Source: Octopus sinensis
Taxonomy: Eukaryota
Reading direction: 5' to 3'
Length of the DNA stretch: 64,000 bases
Assembly (NCBI RefSeq): GCF_006345805.1
Contig: NC_043001.1
Span: 69,378,001-69,442,000, forward strand
Shown here: positions 1 through 13,419 of the stretch, piece by piece
Numbering within the stretch: the stretch's first letter is position 1
How the letters are laid out: every line of letters begins with the position of its first letter
Translations under genes and position numbers: made by a program
Notes under the pieces: generated by a model
Told to the model about the DNA's origin: nothing
What the model saw: only the letters and a program-made list of their open reading frames with translations
The model's database searches: none

Positions 1-482
1 TTGGCCCCAACTATGCGAGCCTGTTCGTTGGCTACGTTGTGGCCCAAATATTCTCAAGTTTTACTGGTCCAGCTACTGAAGTATACGGTCGTTATATTGA
101 CGACTGTATCGATGCAACCACACTCTCCCGCAAGCATATAGACTCCTTCCTCTCTGTTGTGAAATCCTTCCATCCACTTCTCCTGCACTACTTCCGACAC
201 TTCAGTCGCCTTTCTCGACATTTCGGTCAGCATTCCTCACTCCACTCTCACCACCTCCATCCGCTACAAACACACAGAGTCATACTCATATTCCAACTTC
301 TCCTCTTCCACCCTAAGCACACCAAGCTATTCATTCCCTATTCCAATTTCCTACGTATACGCAGGCTCTGCAGTGACGACCATGATTTTAAGACTCAGTC
401 TCAACTTATGGCTCGCTACTTCATCTTTCGTGGATATCCCTCCACCACTACCCACATCGCCGGACTTTCGTCTTTGCCGTGA
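1..482 (+). pseudogene. Penelope-like element reverse transcriptase C-terminal fragment (frameshifted)
   Basis: GPNYASLFVGY at the window start, YGRYIDD catalytic motif, then HPKHTKLFIPYSNFLRIRRLCSDD and FRGYP, typical of the PLE RT/thumb region. Confidence 0.85.
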
Positions 483-1029
483 GCAGGTATTAATCTTCTC
501 ACTTCGCTCCTGTGCGCCACATGGGTTCAACTCTCCTCACTTCTTCATCTAACACTTCCCCTCTCTCCTCTCTTCCTCTCACACCTACTTCTAGCCACCC
601 ACCTCTCCTCTCGTGCTCTGGTACCTACTCCCTCTCTCCCCTCCTACCCACCGTATCACTTCCACCCTCCCCTTTCATCATCACCCATCTCTCGTTACCC
701 CACCCCTACACATTCCAACCCCGCCATCCTTATACATCATATCCTTTATTACCCGCCCTTGCTTCCCGCACGCTTGCCCACCCCCACGACCACAACACTA
801 CCACACCACACCACATACCACCATACCTCACCACACCGTACACACAAGCACTGACCACTTCTCATCTCCCACCTCAGCGCACGGACTAGCACTGCCCACT
901 TCCTAGCACCTACACCATCATCCACACACATACACATGCACACACTCACACGTCAAAGTCACCATCCCCCTTCCACATGCACACACACGCCCCTCACATA
1001 CACATGCACGCGCAACTTCGTTTTGGGAT

Positions 1030-1257
1030 CACCACTACTTTATTATCTCACCGTCTTCCTCGTTCTCCTGTGTGTACCCTAGCCACTAGAATTTTTTCTC
1101 TTTTCTTTCCCTGTTTATTTCTCTGTTTCTTTCTGCTGAAGAGCGTAGGCTCGAAGCGTGAAATATTTTCTCACTTCCCGAGCGTTAATCTAATACATCT
1201 GTTTGTTATTTACATACCCCTGTTTGTCTTTTGTTTTTTTCTTGTAAGTTCTCACTA
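1030..1257 (+). repeat. PLE terminal repeat (pLTR) with decayed hammerhead core
   Basis: CTGCTGA-A-GAGC-GTAG-GCTC-GAAG-CGTG at 1133-1160, downstream of the PLE RT; a diverged inverted relative lies at about 14995-15200. Confidence 0.6.
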
Positions 1258-1268
1258 TATATATATAT

Positions 1269-1330
<62 letters not shown>

Positions 1331-1519
1331 GTTTGTGTGTATGTGTGTGTGTGCGTGCGTATGTATGTATGTATATTTCTACGATTTCTTTGAATTAATT
1401 TTGTCACTGTTATGATCTTTTTTTCCTTTTGACATTTAATAGCCTTTACTTTTAGCTTACTTTAGAAGTAAATTGCGCGTAATTGTGTTAATACCTGTTA
1501 GTACCGTGTCAGTTTTAAC

Positions 1520-2582
1520 ATGGAGGGCAAAACAAGCGTTTTCGCCATATTTTAATTTTTTTTTATTTCCGTAAAGGCAAAAGAAAAAGAGATATGTGAA
1601 GTTTATGGTGTCGATTGCATAGAACACACATGTCAGAAATGGTTTAAAATATTCCGATCTGGAGGTTTTTCATTGAAAGGTGACTAACTTTCTGCTCGAC
1701 CTACTGAAGTTAATGATGACTACAACAATTGAATCTGATTGTCCTAATTGAAACTGATTGTCATATAACTGTACGTGAGATGGCAGAGAGGTTAGATGTA
1801 TCACACACAACAATTGAACATCAATTAAAATGCCTTGGACTCGTTAACAAGCTCGATATTTGGGTTCCAAATAAATTAAGAGATTCACGTAACACAACGA
1901 ATCAATATTTGCGATATGCATCTCAAACGCAATGAAATTTCAAACGAATCACCGCTGGTGATGAAAAATGGATTGTCTACAATAACATCAATCAAAAACG
2001 ATCATGGTCCAAGCGTAATGAACCAGCACAAATCATATTGAAAGCTGAATTGCATCAAAAATGTCATGCTGTCAGTTTGGTGGGACACCAAAGGTGTTTT
2101 GTATTTTGAAATGCTTCTATGGAAACAGATGACGAATTCAGATGTTTACTGTTAACAACTAATGAAACTGGTGGAAGTAATGAAAACCAAAACGGCCATA
2201 ATTTGTAAATCGTAAAGGAATCGTGTTCCACCATGACAACGCAAGACCATACACATATTTGCTCACTCGTAAAAAGTGATTAGAGCTTGGTTGGGAAGTG
2301 ATGTCACATCCACCATATGGCCAGGACCTTGCACCATCAGATTACCATTTATTTCGAAGTTTGCAAAATTCTTTGAATGGTAAAATCTTCGATAACGATG
2401 ATGATCTGAAGTAGCACTTGCTTCAGTTTCAAAAGCGTGGAAGTTTCCAGAAAGATGGCAAAAGATCATCGAACAAAATGGAAAATATATAATTGATTAA
2501 TGTTCATTATTTGTATGAAAAACCCCCAAAAAAACTTTTATTTCACACTAAAGAACTGTATTTACTTTCTTACCATAACATA
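1520..2582 (+). mobile_element. mariner (DD34D) transposon relic
   Basis: ATG at 1520; DIWVP, GDEKWIVYNN, VMLSVWWD, FHHDNARP, HPPYGQDLAPSDYHLF; many stops and frameshifts; 3' TIR-like end near 2550-2582. Confidence 0.92.
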
Positions 2583-3094
2583 TTATGATAATATATAAAA
2601 TGTTATAGGCAAATGCTACGGGAAAAGCTACACTATTCTCTTTTGAAGGTAACACATTACCTCTCGAACACATTTATATGTTGACAGTTCAAATGAATCT
2701 ATGTTTCCTGTTATTGTCATGATCAAATAATATTAGAAATGTCTGTTACGATTTAACGTAGTAAAACATTAACTCAACGCCGTTCGAATATTGAAATTAC
2801 AAATGCATACAATTATTCTGGATTATCATCGCAGGTCCTTATTGTTAGATCTAATTTCACGAACGAATTGAATTACATGAAGAAAAAGCCATACTCTATT
2901 TCAACCTAGCCATATTATATATAATGCTACTAATTTGTCGCTAGTTTTGTCATATTAAATGATTGTACAGTTCTATATTTAAGAGATGAGGTATTCCTAA
3001 AGATTTGAACAGAAGAAAGAGGCATACTAGCCTAGTTGAGTGCAGCTCCAGAAAACAGTGTCATTAGGGACATCATGGATATTTAGCGGTATTA

Positions 3095-3280
3095 AGGTTA
3101 TTTATATTATTTACATTATTTACAATTGACGGATATTTTCCCTCGTGTTTGTTGTTAACACAAAGTTTCGGCTGATATACCCTCCAGCCTTCATCGGGTG
3201 TCTTGGGGAAATTTCGAACCTGGGTTCTCATTACTAAGGTACTTTTCGATGTTGTTGTTGTTATTATTATTATCATTATT
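3095..3280 (-). repeat. HHR-bearing repeat, same family as the arms at 40645-41178
   Basis: Minus strand GACAC-CCGATGA-A-GGCTG-GAGGGTATAT-CAGCC-GAAAC-TTT-GTGTT, preceded by an (AAT/AAC)n tract. Confidence 0.75.
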
Positions 3281-4384
3281 GAGTGAGAGAGCAGAGGATG
3301 CCATTAAAGTGGCACTGAGGTAAACATACAAAGCCCAGAATACCCATTATGACTACTCGTCTGATAAGGGTACACTAGACTCATGCATCACAACCGTATG
3401 TATGCGACATGGTGATCTCATATAAAGATCCTATTAAAGAATGTCTAAACATTTGTACTGAAATCAATATATTTCTTAGCCGTCTCTTTAATTAATCGAG
3501 GGACAATTATCAAAACTCGAGTAAAATACGCTTAAATATTGTGCATATACATCTTATACAAGCTTCCAAGAGTAATGCAGACACAGAGATAACGGACAAC
3601 AATTTCATAATCAATCAGCTTTCTTTGGAGTATAAAGACAAAAGACAGAGCGGAATAAATTTTCATAATTTGCTCCAATCTCAAAGTGTATTTTTAAATA
3701 GGCTTATAATTTCCGTAATTGGCGAAACAAGATGACTGCCTACGGAAGTTCCAGAACTTTGTTTAATTAAAGAGAATATACTTATTTCAATATATGACAG
3801 AGCTATTGATTTAAGAATATAATCTGTTCGCGTAATTAAATCTATAACTGTGTCTGTATGTTAAACTATTTAAATATATGCCCACTTCCTTGTACCTAAT
3901 GCTACTTTGACATTATGCAAATGTCTACAAACATACGATTATATAAATATACAAATGTGTCGCCGATATTAATTCCCTCTCTATTTAGTAATGTATATTT
4001 ATGAAGCAATGATCGAGTTATATTAACGATTTCTTGAACGTTTTTATTTTCTGCTTTATTAATTGTAAATTACTTCGTTTTCAGAATTAATTCATATCGA
4101 GTAAAAACCCATGGGCATATCTTTGCCCCACCCCATGCGACCTAAAACACATGCACAGAACAACTATGACGTATTTATATCGAATGAACATGTAGTGTGC
4201 ATTTCATAACCTCTCGTTGACCCAGCATCGTTAGAGATAAATATAGCTGTGGCTGAGAGATTAATTAAAAGTAATCCTTCAGCATTTATTGATTAAATCT
4301 GTTTTCTTCCAATCTTAATATGTTTTTGTCTTTTTCGAGCAAAGCAAGAAATGGTAATAACGCGTGTCATTTTAGAGCTACTAC

Positions 4385-4418
<34 letters not shown>

Positions 4419-4524
4419 ATACATATATATATACATATATATATGCATATATATATATATCTTCATATACGTATACATCTATATATATATGTATGTGTGT
4501 GTATGTGTGTGTATATATATATGA

Positions 4525-4560
<36 letters not shown>

Positions 4561-5248
4561 CAACCTGTAACTGGGGTTTCGAAGTAAAATTTACATGATC
4601 AAAAATATCAAAATGTTGTTCTTATTAAAAAAACAAAAATTAGGAAATCCTTACAAAGAATCGCCCCACTCAAACATTCAATTGAAAACCGAAGAGTTAT
4701 AAGGTTTCTGTTGACAAAAGATACCTCATATCGTACATTTGTGCGTGTGTGTGTATGTGTTTGCGTGTGCATTAGTACTTGTGTATATGTATTTGATTGT
4801 TTATATGTATTTGTGTGTGTGAGTGTGCGTATGAAATCTCGAGGCCTAGTGCTTACGGTGTCGCGGGTACAGTTCTTTGAAGTGACATGTTAGACAAAAC
4901 GTTTCAGTTCACACTGTTCCAAACTGCCCAGATAATATTGAATATCATCTGAGAGCTGGCACAGATTTCTTTCACTTCAGCTCACATATCCATTATGTAC
5001 CGTCGAGACAACTGATTTAGAGGATATCGTTGTCTGCTTGCGATCGCATTAGCACTTAAGATAATTGACGGAAATATGGCACACAGTACCAAAACTTATT
5101 CGTTTGTAAGTGGTGTACATGCACCTATTACACGCAGACACCCACGCACACACATACACACACAAACATGCAAATATAGCATACCAGTCGATTATTGTCA
5201 GCTCTTTGTACACATGCTATGATTCTTGTGTTTTGTGTATATTTTTGC

Positions 5249-5291
<43 letters not shown>

Positions 5292-5322
5292 CACACGCAC
5301 ACACACACACACACACACACAT

Positions 5323-5379
<57 letters not shown>

Positions 5380-5502
5380 TATAAATATACAGAATACATA
5401 TGTGTGTTTGTATGCAAGTAATTGTGGACTTAGACTTAAGCCTGTTATTAATGCTAGGGATCATAAGGCTGGGTCTTATGTACCTGTCTATCTACATACA
5501 TC

Positions 5503-5553
<51 letters not shown>

Positions 5554-6730
5554 CATGCGTGCGCACACACATACATATACATACATGCCTAAATTTATTT
5601 CCTCGCTTGGTGATTGTGGTGTTGTACTCACAATGATATAGCCGTCGATTTCTTTCCCGGATGACGAACTTCCTATCAGTTTCTTGTTTTCGTCAGTGTT
5701 GTGATGATATCACTTGTCATATATAGTTTTAGCTGAAGCTTATTTGAACACTTGTCGGTCATATTTGTCTTCTTCTCGAGCATTCTGAAAGTCATTATTC
5801 AATTAGATACTCTATTGGCTTAAGGCTTCAATTTTAATTCTGTTGACTTTCATTGACCACTAATTACATTAACAGTACGCCATGCTAAAGAGAACTGCTA
5901 ATTGTCTGTAATTATTATTTTTTAATGCAGATTTGTATTTGATTAGCACCAGTTCATATGTGTCAATCAGTCCATTCCATGCTGTTTGGCTGTTTTCCTT
6001 ACATTTCGGGTGTGTTGACTCTCAGTATACTTTTCTTGATTTTGGATCTCAGCAGGGCACAGCATGAAACTGTATGTGATACGACAAGACAATACACTTA
6101 TAGGTACTATTATTGACAGATGAAATAATTATTATAGCGTCTGAGCTATTAATCTTACTACTATATTTTCATTTGTAGATTTCTCGAAACTTTACCATTC
6201 AGTTAAAATTCCTCGAATCTAAGGAACCCTTGGAGAAACAATGACATAATATTGTTATTCTACGAAATCACTTGAGTCATGTTGCGCTGTTCATCTTATA
6301 GAGGAAACAGAGGCTGACTATATTCTCAACAATGATTCACAACGACACGCTCTTATATTTTTCTTCTTTATGCTCTGTACTTGAAGTTTTCTCCCCGTCA
6401 AATGATCGTAGTTTTACTCTCTCATAACCATTCGCAATAAGATTATGTTTGTGGTTCAAATCTAAATTTAGTGACACTTTCAGGATCCACTACCCTAATA
6501 CATAGTCAAGGATGTTGCCGGACACATTCGTCTGTGTATTAACGCTGGGAAAAACAGAACTCACCAGCAACACCATGGAACTTACAACCACTACGTCACC
6601 TAGAACTGCTCTAAAACCAATGCGATTTTCGTCTATATATGGTCAACACAGTGTCACATTTTAAAGACACATAAGCATTGCTTTTGTAGCACATAAAAAT
6701 CTCAACATAACACTAACAGCTGGTGATATA

Positions 6731-7152
6731 TTCTTTTCTGCTCTAGGCACAAGGCCCGAAATTTTGAGTGAAGGAGCCAGTCGATTACGTCACCCTAGTA
6801 CGCAACTGGTACTTAATTCATCGAACCAGAAACAATAAAATGCAAATTCTACCTCGGCGGAGTTTGAAATCAAAGTGAAACAGACGAAATACCGCTAAGC
6901 ATTTTGCCCGGCTTACTAACGTTTCTTATTTCTTTATTACCCACAAGGGGCTAAGCATAGATGGGACGAAAAAAGGCAGACACGCAGATTAAGTCGATTA
7001 CATCGATCCCAGTGCGTAACTGGTACTTTATTTATCGACCTCGAAAGGATGAAAGGCAAAGTCGCCCTCGGCGGAATTCCAACTCAGAAGTAACGGCAGT
7101 GGAAATACCGCTAAGCACTTCGCCCGGTGCTAACGTTTCTGCCAGCTCGCCA
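6731..7152 (-). mobile_element. Two tandem copies of a tRNA-derived SINE (octopus-type)
   Basis: Two similar ~200-bp units (6731-6925, 6925-7152); minus-strand A-box-like TGGCAGAAACG and B-box-like GAGTTGGAATTCC; shared AGTACCAGTT body. Confidence 0.8.
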
Positions 7153-8415
7153 CTTTTAGGTGTTGATGTATTGCCTTCATTTTACTAGTCGCATCTTGCG
7201 CTACCCCGTCAAGTGCCAATGGTTTTTCAATGCAGCAACTCTGGATGATGAAGTTCGCTGATACTTAGTCATACTTCAATCCTGATTGATGAAGATAAAA
7301 GTATTTACAATCCTAGTCAACCGCAGCTGCTACGTTTGTGGATTTAAATTGGGATAATATAATTTATAGCAAGTGATTCTGCCCTCAAAATTGAAATCCA
7401 TTTTTACAGATATCAGTTTTAAGTGAATCTGGTATCGGTTTTTATGGAACGAGAGGCTGATTCTACACCTGCCGATCTTACATGCTCTAAATACTATATC
7501 TTTTGTCGAGCCTTTTCTGTTCAAAAGCTACCTGTTTATGTAAGTATGTGTGAGGAGTTGAGTCGGTAGAATAACGTCTATGTTCGATGAGAAAGATTAT
7601 TTGTCTGTATCTGTACATTTCTGCTTAAAACCATCTGTGTGTATAGTAATGCATAAACATGTCCCTTGGTATGTATGACAATATGCGCATCTATGTGTGT
7701 TTAGTGTGTTTATGTCTGTGATTGTGTATAAGAATATATGTATGTGAGAGTTTGTATGCATGCGTAAGTATGTATGTTTGTGCATACATATACGAGTGTG
7801 AATATACATGTGTATGTATGTATATGTGTAAGTCATCCGAAAAACATTAGAGACGGCATCAAAGACAAGGTTTGTACTTTAGTTGTATTCGAAACCAATT
7901 GCTTCACGTGTATTTCAAGTAAAACCTCTCACAAAATGCTGTTCTCGAATCTTGTAGTTTACTGACATAAAAAATATACAAGAACAAGACCGATCGAAAA
8001 CCAAGACACTCAACACATTGCAAGAAACCATATTTACCTTTATACTCGAGGTCACCTCTATTTTATAAGGCGTCAGTATTTATGTAAATTAGTCATAACT
8101 ACCCAACACAATTGTATCAGGATTGTTTCCGTGTACAAAGGTTTAAGTAACATCACGTATAGAGAGAGTATGACACACGATGCATGTACTCTAATTTATC
8201 GTGTTATCTTTATTTTGTGATCAAAAGTATTTTCTGAGTAAGATGCCATGCAAACACATTATCGTGAGTATGTATGTATGTATGTATGCATGTATGTATG
8301 TATGTATGTATGTATTTATGTATGCATGCATGTATATATGTATGTATATATGTATGTATGTATGTATGTATCTATTTATCTATCTATCTCCCTATCTCTT
8401 TTTCTTCTCTCTCTC

Positions 8416-8509
<94 letters not shown>

Positions 8510-9299
8510 AATATGTATCATAATTGTTTTGGTATAACACATTACTCTGCAAGTTTAATCTGATCCTTTATATCTTGATTTACCTTAATGCTAATTTTAG
8601 AAACTTCAACTCAAGTTACAATTTAAACCCTAACCTTATTATTAGTTTAAATTTTAAGACCTGAATAATCAAGTCAACCTGCTTTTACATCTAATTTTCA
8701 ACAGCTTATATTTGACATAACCCCATTTGTAACAGCATCTGTAAATACATCAGTACTTAAATCCTAATAAGAGCTTTAACTATCTCTACAATATGAATAA
8801 AAGTAGCATCATTTCACTCTCTAATATTATACCCCCACTATGCTAAGTTAAAAAACTGAACATTACTGCTTAGACTGACTCATGTTCATAATAAGTCAAT
8901 GTCAAATTTCAACACAATGGCTGGAGAATATCTAACCTATACATAACGTTCATATGGTAATGGTTGCTGACCCATGTTTGTGAGGGTCCCTTGTCCAAAT
9001 TCGGAAATTTTATTCGCCTATTTCTACAAAGTGACTCCTGTACCAATCTCTTACATACTTTCAAACATTTGCAACCTGTTTTCTCCTTCCTTTATTCTTT
9101 ATGAACATTCCCATCATTCCCTACGTTCCCCACACAGTAGCCATTCCTTAAGTGTTCTGCTTGTTATATCCAGAAATGGCACTGAAGAAAGTAGCATTAA
9201 TTTACCTAGATCAGTCTATTGATCAATAGATTAATTGAGTAAACCTATCAGCAATGTTCCTATCATGACTGCTAGAGAAAGATGTAAGCCTAATTTGCT

Positions 9300-10112
9300 C
9301 AAATAAAGGAATTATGTGTCTGATTTGCAAGATTCTTTATGTGAATTCGTGTGTTGAAACAAATATTGTTGTCTACTCATTTATTATGGTTATTATATCT
9401 TTTGTGTGTCTTCCAAAATTTTTGTCGCTTTTGCTAACTTTTCAAGTGATGTCGACTATGTCCGTTATCAGAGCTGCATTCCTTTTGTCTGTTTGTTATC
9501 CTGTTGCGTGGGTGTGTTTGTATGTATGCATGTCTTTGTGTGTGCGTGCACATGTATGTAGGTGTGGATGTATGTGTGTATGTACGCATGTATGTATGTG
9601 CGTATGTACGTGTACGTATGCATGTGTGTGTATATGTGTGTATTTGTGTGTGTACCTCTGCTTCCTTGTGTGTGCGTGCTTGCGTGTGTCTATGTGTATG
9701 ATGTACGTGCGTTTGGTATGTGTGTATACATGTGTGTCTCCTTATGTGTCTTTGTGTGTATGCGTGCTCGTGGACTGTGCGTGTGCATTTGTGTCCGTAT
9801 TACCTATGTACCTACCTGCCTACCTAACCTACTTATCTAACAACCTACTTCCTATCTATCTATCTGTGTACCTATGCATCTCTTTACCTACTTAACTGCC
9901 TATTTGCAAATGATTCTATGTGTGTATATTATGTAGGTATTGAGGTACCTCTACCATCTACGTGTTATTTTCTTTTGTCCTATTTAGTACGGGTGACGTT
10001 TCATTTATGAGGGCGTACTCCTGTATTTATCTGAGTGATGGGTCCTTTATTCAAATGCCAATGTCAAGTATGCTGGTAGGATATGTGTTTCTTGTCATCA
10101 TATTTTCACAAC
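9300..10112 (-). mobile_element. PLE 3' end and simple-repeat-rich tail, inverted relative of 14280-14700
   Basis: Reverse complement shares ATATGATGACAAGAAA, AAGGACCCATC.CTCAGATAAATACAG and CCCGTACTAAATAGG with 14285-14457. Confidence 0.7.
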
Positions 10113-10178
10113 CTAGTGTGACAGCAACCTTAAGCAATCCCTAGTTGAACAATCCACAACAATATTGCGTTACTGTCA

Positions 10179-10240
<62 letters not shown>

Positions 10241-10243
<3 letters not shown>

Positions 10244-13200
10244 AGGTCGCTCTAGAGTGCTACTGGTAACATGTAAACCAGTACAACCTGTTGCATGGTC
10301 GGGACGTCGGCGACTAAACTGACAACCCCACCAGGTTCGCTTGGTGAGGAGGGTACTGTTGGGCTCCCTGTGGGATGGAAAAATAAGACCCAACAAAGGA
10401 CGGATGAACTCCTGAAGAGTCAACGGCCATCCAAAAATACCGGCCTGCCCGCCCAGCCAGTGGCATGGCGTCATCTTATGGCTAAAACAGCACGAAAAAC
10501 GAAGAGAAAAGGAAAAGGGCCTCAGTACCCTGCACGTCAATCGGGCCACTCCATGACGGCGGAGTGCAACTCGAGCGACGAGAGGCTGCTAAGAATCATA
10601 GGTTCCCGAAAGCCGTCATGGAACAGGACAAAACTTGCCATATGCACCTACAACTGCAGGTCTATGGCAGGGTGGCAAGAACTGAACCACCTAATGGAGG
10701 AGAGGAAGAAGATCAAGTGCGACGTGTTAGGGCTGTGCGAGATACGCTGGAAGAAGGAAGCGAGTATACGTTGGCAAGATGGATGCATTGTGAGATTATG
10801 AAGAGCAGAAGGTGCTAGATCGGTCGGAGGTATCGGATTCATCGTAAGTAAGGAATGGGCTTCGAGGGTCGCTTCTTGCCACTTCATATCATCACGGATT
10901 GGTGTACTAAATGCGAACCTCTCAGGGAAGGCCACCCTCAAGATTGTCCAGACCTATGCTCCCACAAGTGCCAGCGACGACGACGAGGTGGAAGAATTCT
11001 ATCGACAACTAGACAAAGGGTTGGCTATGAAGTCCACTTACACTGTCGTGATGGGAGACTTCAACGCAAAGGTTGGACATGGACGACAAGGAGAGGAGTA
11101 CGTCGGGAGATTTGGCATGGGATAGAGAAACGAGAGAGGAGAACGTTTGGCTACCATGGCAGCTCTACATCGGAAACAGCCTATTCAGGAAGAGGGAGAG
11201 GAAGAGATGGACTTGGATATCGCCGAACACTATGCACCGATGCGAGATCGACTACATCCTGGTTGATAAGCGACGCATATTGCATGACGTCTCCGTCGTG
11301 ACGCCATTCAACACCTGCAGCGATCATCGTCTGGTAAGGGCGAGGGTCGTCATCGACGAGAAGAGGGAGAAGATGGCGTTATATTTGTCGTCGAAGGGAA
11401 AACGTGTCCAAGTCTACAACGAGGTAAAGCTGCAGGAAGCCATTATGCAAGAAGACTGGTGCTAAGGAGACGATATAGACGATGACTACAACTCACTGAT
11501 AGGGAAACTTAAGGAGTGTTTAAGGAAGGCTAAGAGTGTATGCCCAAGAGAAAAGAAGGGAAGAATCTCGGAAGAAACTACGAAGTTACTCGAGAAGGGG
11601 AAAAATATGAAGAGGACTATTGAAGATCACCTTGAATATTCCATTCTCAGCAGAGTGATTCGTCAGCAACTAAAGAAAGACTTTGAGGCATACCGGATGG
11701 AGAAGGTCTTGAAGGCTGCAGAGGAAAAAAAGAGCCTCAAGAAATGCAAGATGGACATGGTACTATATAGATTGGAGGTGACGGCCCTGAAAAAAAAAAT
11801 ACTGATTGAATACCGGTCAACGAGAAGAGCGAAATGTCCAGCCGTTACCACCACTCCAACAGGAAGAAAACGTGCCACCTATCCTTGTCAGTGAGGTTGA
11901 AAGAGCCCTCGGCTCGATGAAAAACGGAAAGGCTCCAGGGAAAGACGGTATAACATCGGAGGTGCTAAAGTCAGGCAGAGAGCAGCTCTGGAAAATACTC
12001 GCTGAGCGATTTACGCACTATCTAAACGAGGGAAGAATTCTCTCGCAGTGGAAAGAGTGAAATACCATCCTGCCGTATAAGAAGGGCGACAGAGAAGATC
12101 TAAAGAACTACCGACCCATATGCCTGCTGTCTCACGTATACAAGCTGTTCACGAAGATAATTCTGAACAGGTTGTCACGTCGGCTCGACGAACAACAACC
12201 GAGGGAGCAAGCAGGCTTCCGGAAGATCTACAGCACAATAGACCATATATTTGCTCTAACGCAACTGCTTGAGCGAGCAAATGAGTACAAGCTGCCTCTT
12301 TGCGTTGCGTTTATAGATTATGAGAAGGCCTTCGATAGCGTCGAAACCAACGCAGTGCTGAACTCGCTGCAGAGGCAAGGAATCGAAGCACAATATGTGC
12401 AGCTGCTCAGAGAAGCAAATTCCGGATGCACCACCGACATAGCTCTACTGTCATCACCCATACGAGTGCCGGTCGAGAAGGGAGTGAAGCAAGGAGATAC
12501 AATCTCCCCAAAACTTTTCACTGCATGTCTCGAACAGATCATCAGAAGCATCGAATGGCAAGGTGGTGTCAATATCAATGGCGAGCTCCTCACTCACCTC
12601 CGTTTCGCTGACGACATCGTACTCATCGCTGAAAACATGGATCAGCTTCAGACCATGCTGACGGAGCTCGACATCAAAAGTTCTGCAGTAGGTCTCAAGA
12701 TGAACCGCATGAAAACAAGGTTCATGCGGTCAGACAACGTACCAACAGGTAGAATGGTGATCGGCAGTGATGAAATAGAGGAGGTGAGAGAATATGTCTA
12801 CCTGGGACAGGAAGTAAATATGTGCCGGGATATCAAAAAGGAGATCTCACAGAGAGTAAGGGCCGGATGGAAGGCGTTCAATGGCATAAGGGATGTGCTC
12901 AAGGGAAGGTTGACCACCCGCGCAAACCTCATTAACAGTGCAGTTCTGCTTGCAAAGTTATATGGTAGTGAAACATGGGCTACCACAAAGAGAGAAGAGC
13001 AAAGAGTGATAACGGCTCAAAGAGCCATGGAAAGGTCAATGCTTGGTATCTCGTTGAGAGAGCACATAAATAACAAGATCATCAGAAAGAAGTCCGGCGT
13101 GAGAGATGTCATCGCAGGGTATACTCGCAGTAAGTATAGATGGGCTGGACACGTCGTCCGGCTCACCGATAATCGGTGGGCGCACGCAATTGTCGAGTGG

Positions 13201-13383
13201 TACCCGCGTGAGCGGAAAAGACCACCCGGAAGACCTCCACGACGGTGGAGTGACGATTTCAAGAGGACGATTGGGATCACGTGGATGAGAAAGGCGCGAT
13301 CCAGAGAGGAGTGGATAGCGTGCTGTGACCAGCGGTGTCAAATGGACGCCTGACGGACTGGTCGGTCAAAGTGATCAAAGTGA
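10241..13383 (+). mobile_element. Near-full-length RTE-clade LINE (APE endonuclease + RT), inactivated
   Basis: APE motifs CTYNCRS, VLGLCEIR, YAPT, GDFNAK, IDYIL, SDH; RT motifs [33 protein letters not shown]; RTE C-terminus GRPPRRW; short GTGATCAAA repeat at the 3' end; (TA)n on both sides. Confidence 0.97.
12172..13353 (+). pseudogene. RTE reverse transcriptase domain, uninterrupted 393-codon segment
   Basis: Open frame with the RT motifs; upstream stops at 10799, 11124, 11463, 12058 and frameshifts near 11160 and 11790 break the single long ORF. Confidence 0.92.
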
Positions 13384-13419
13384 TATATATATATATATGA
13401 GATAAATATCCTAGTTAGG

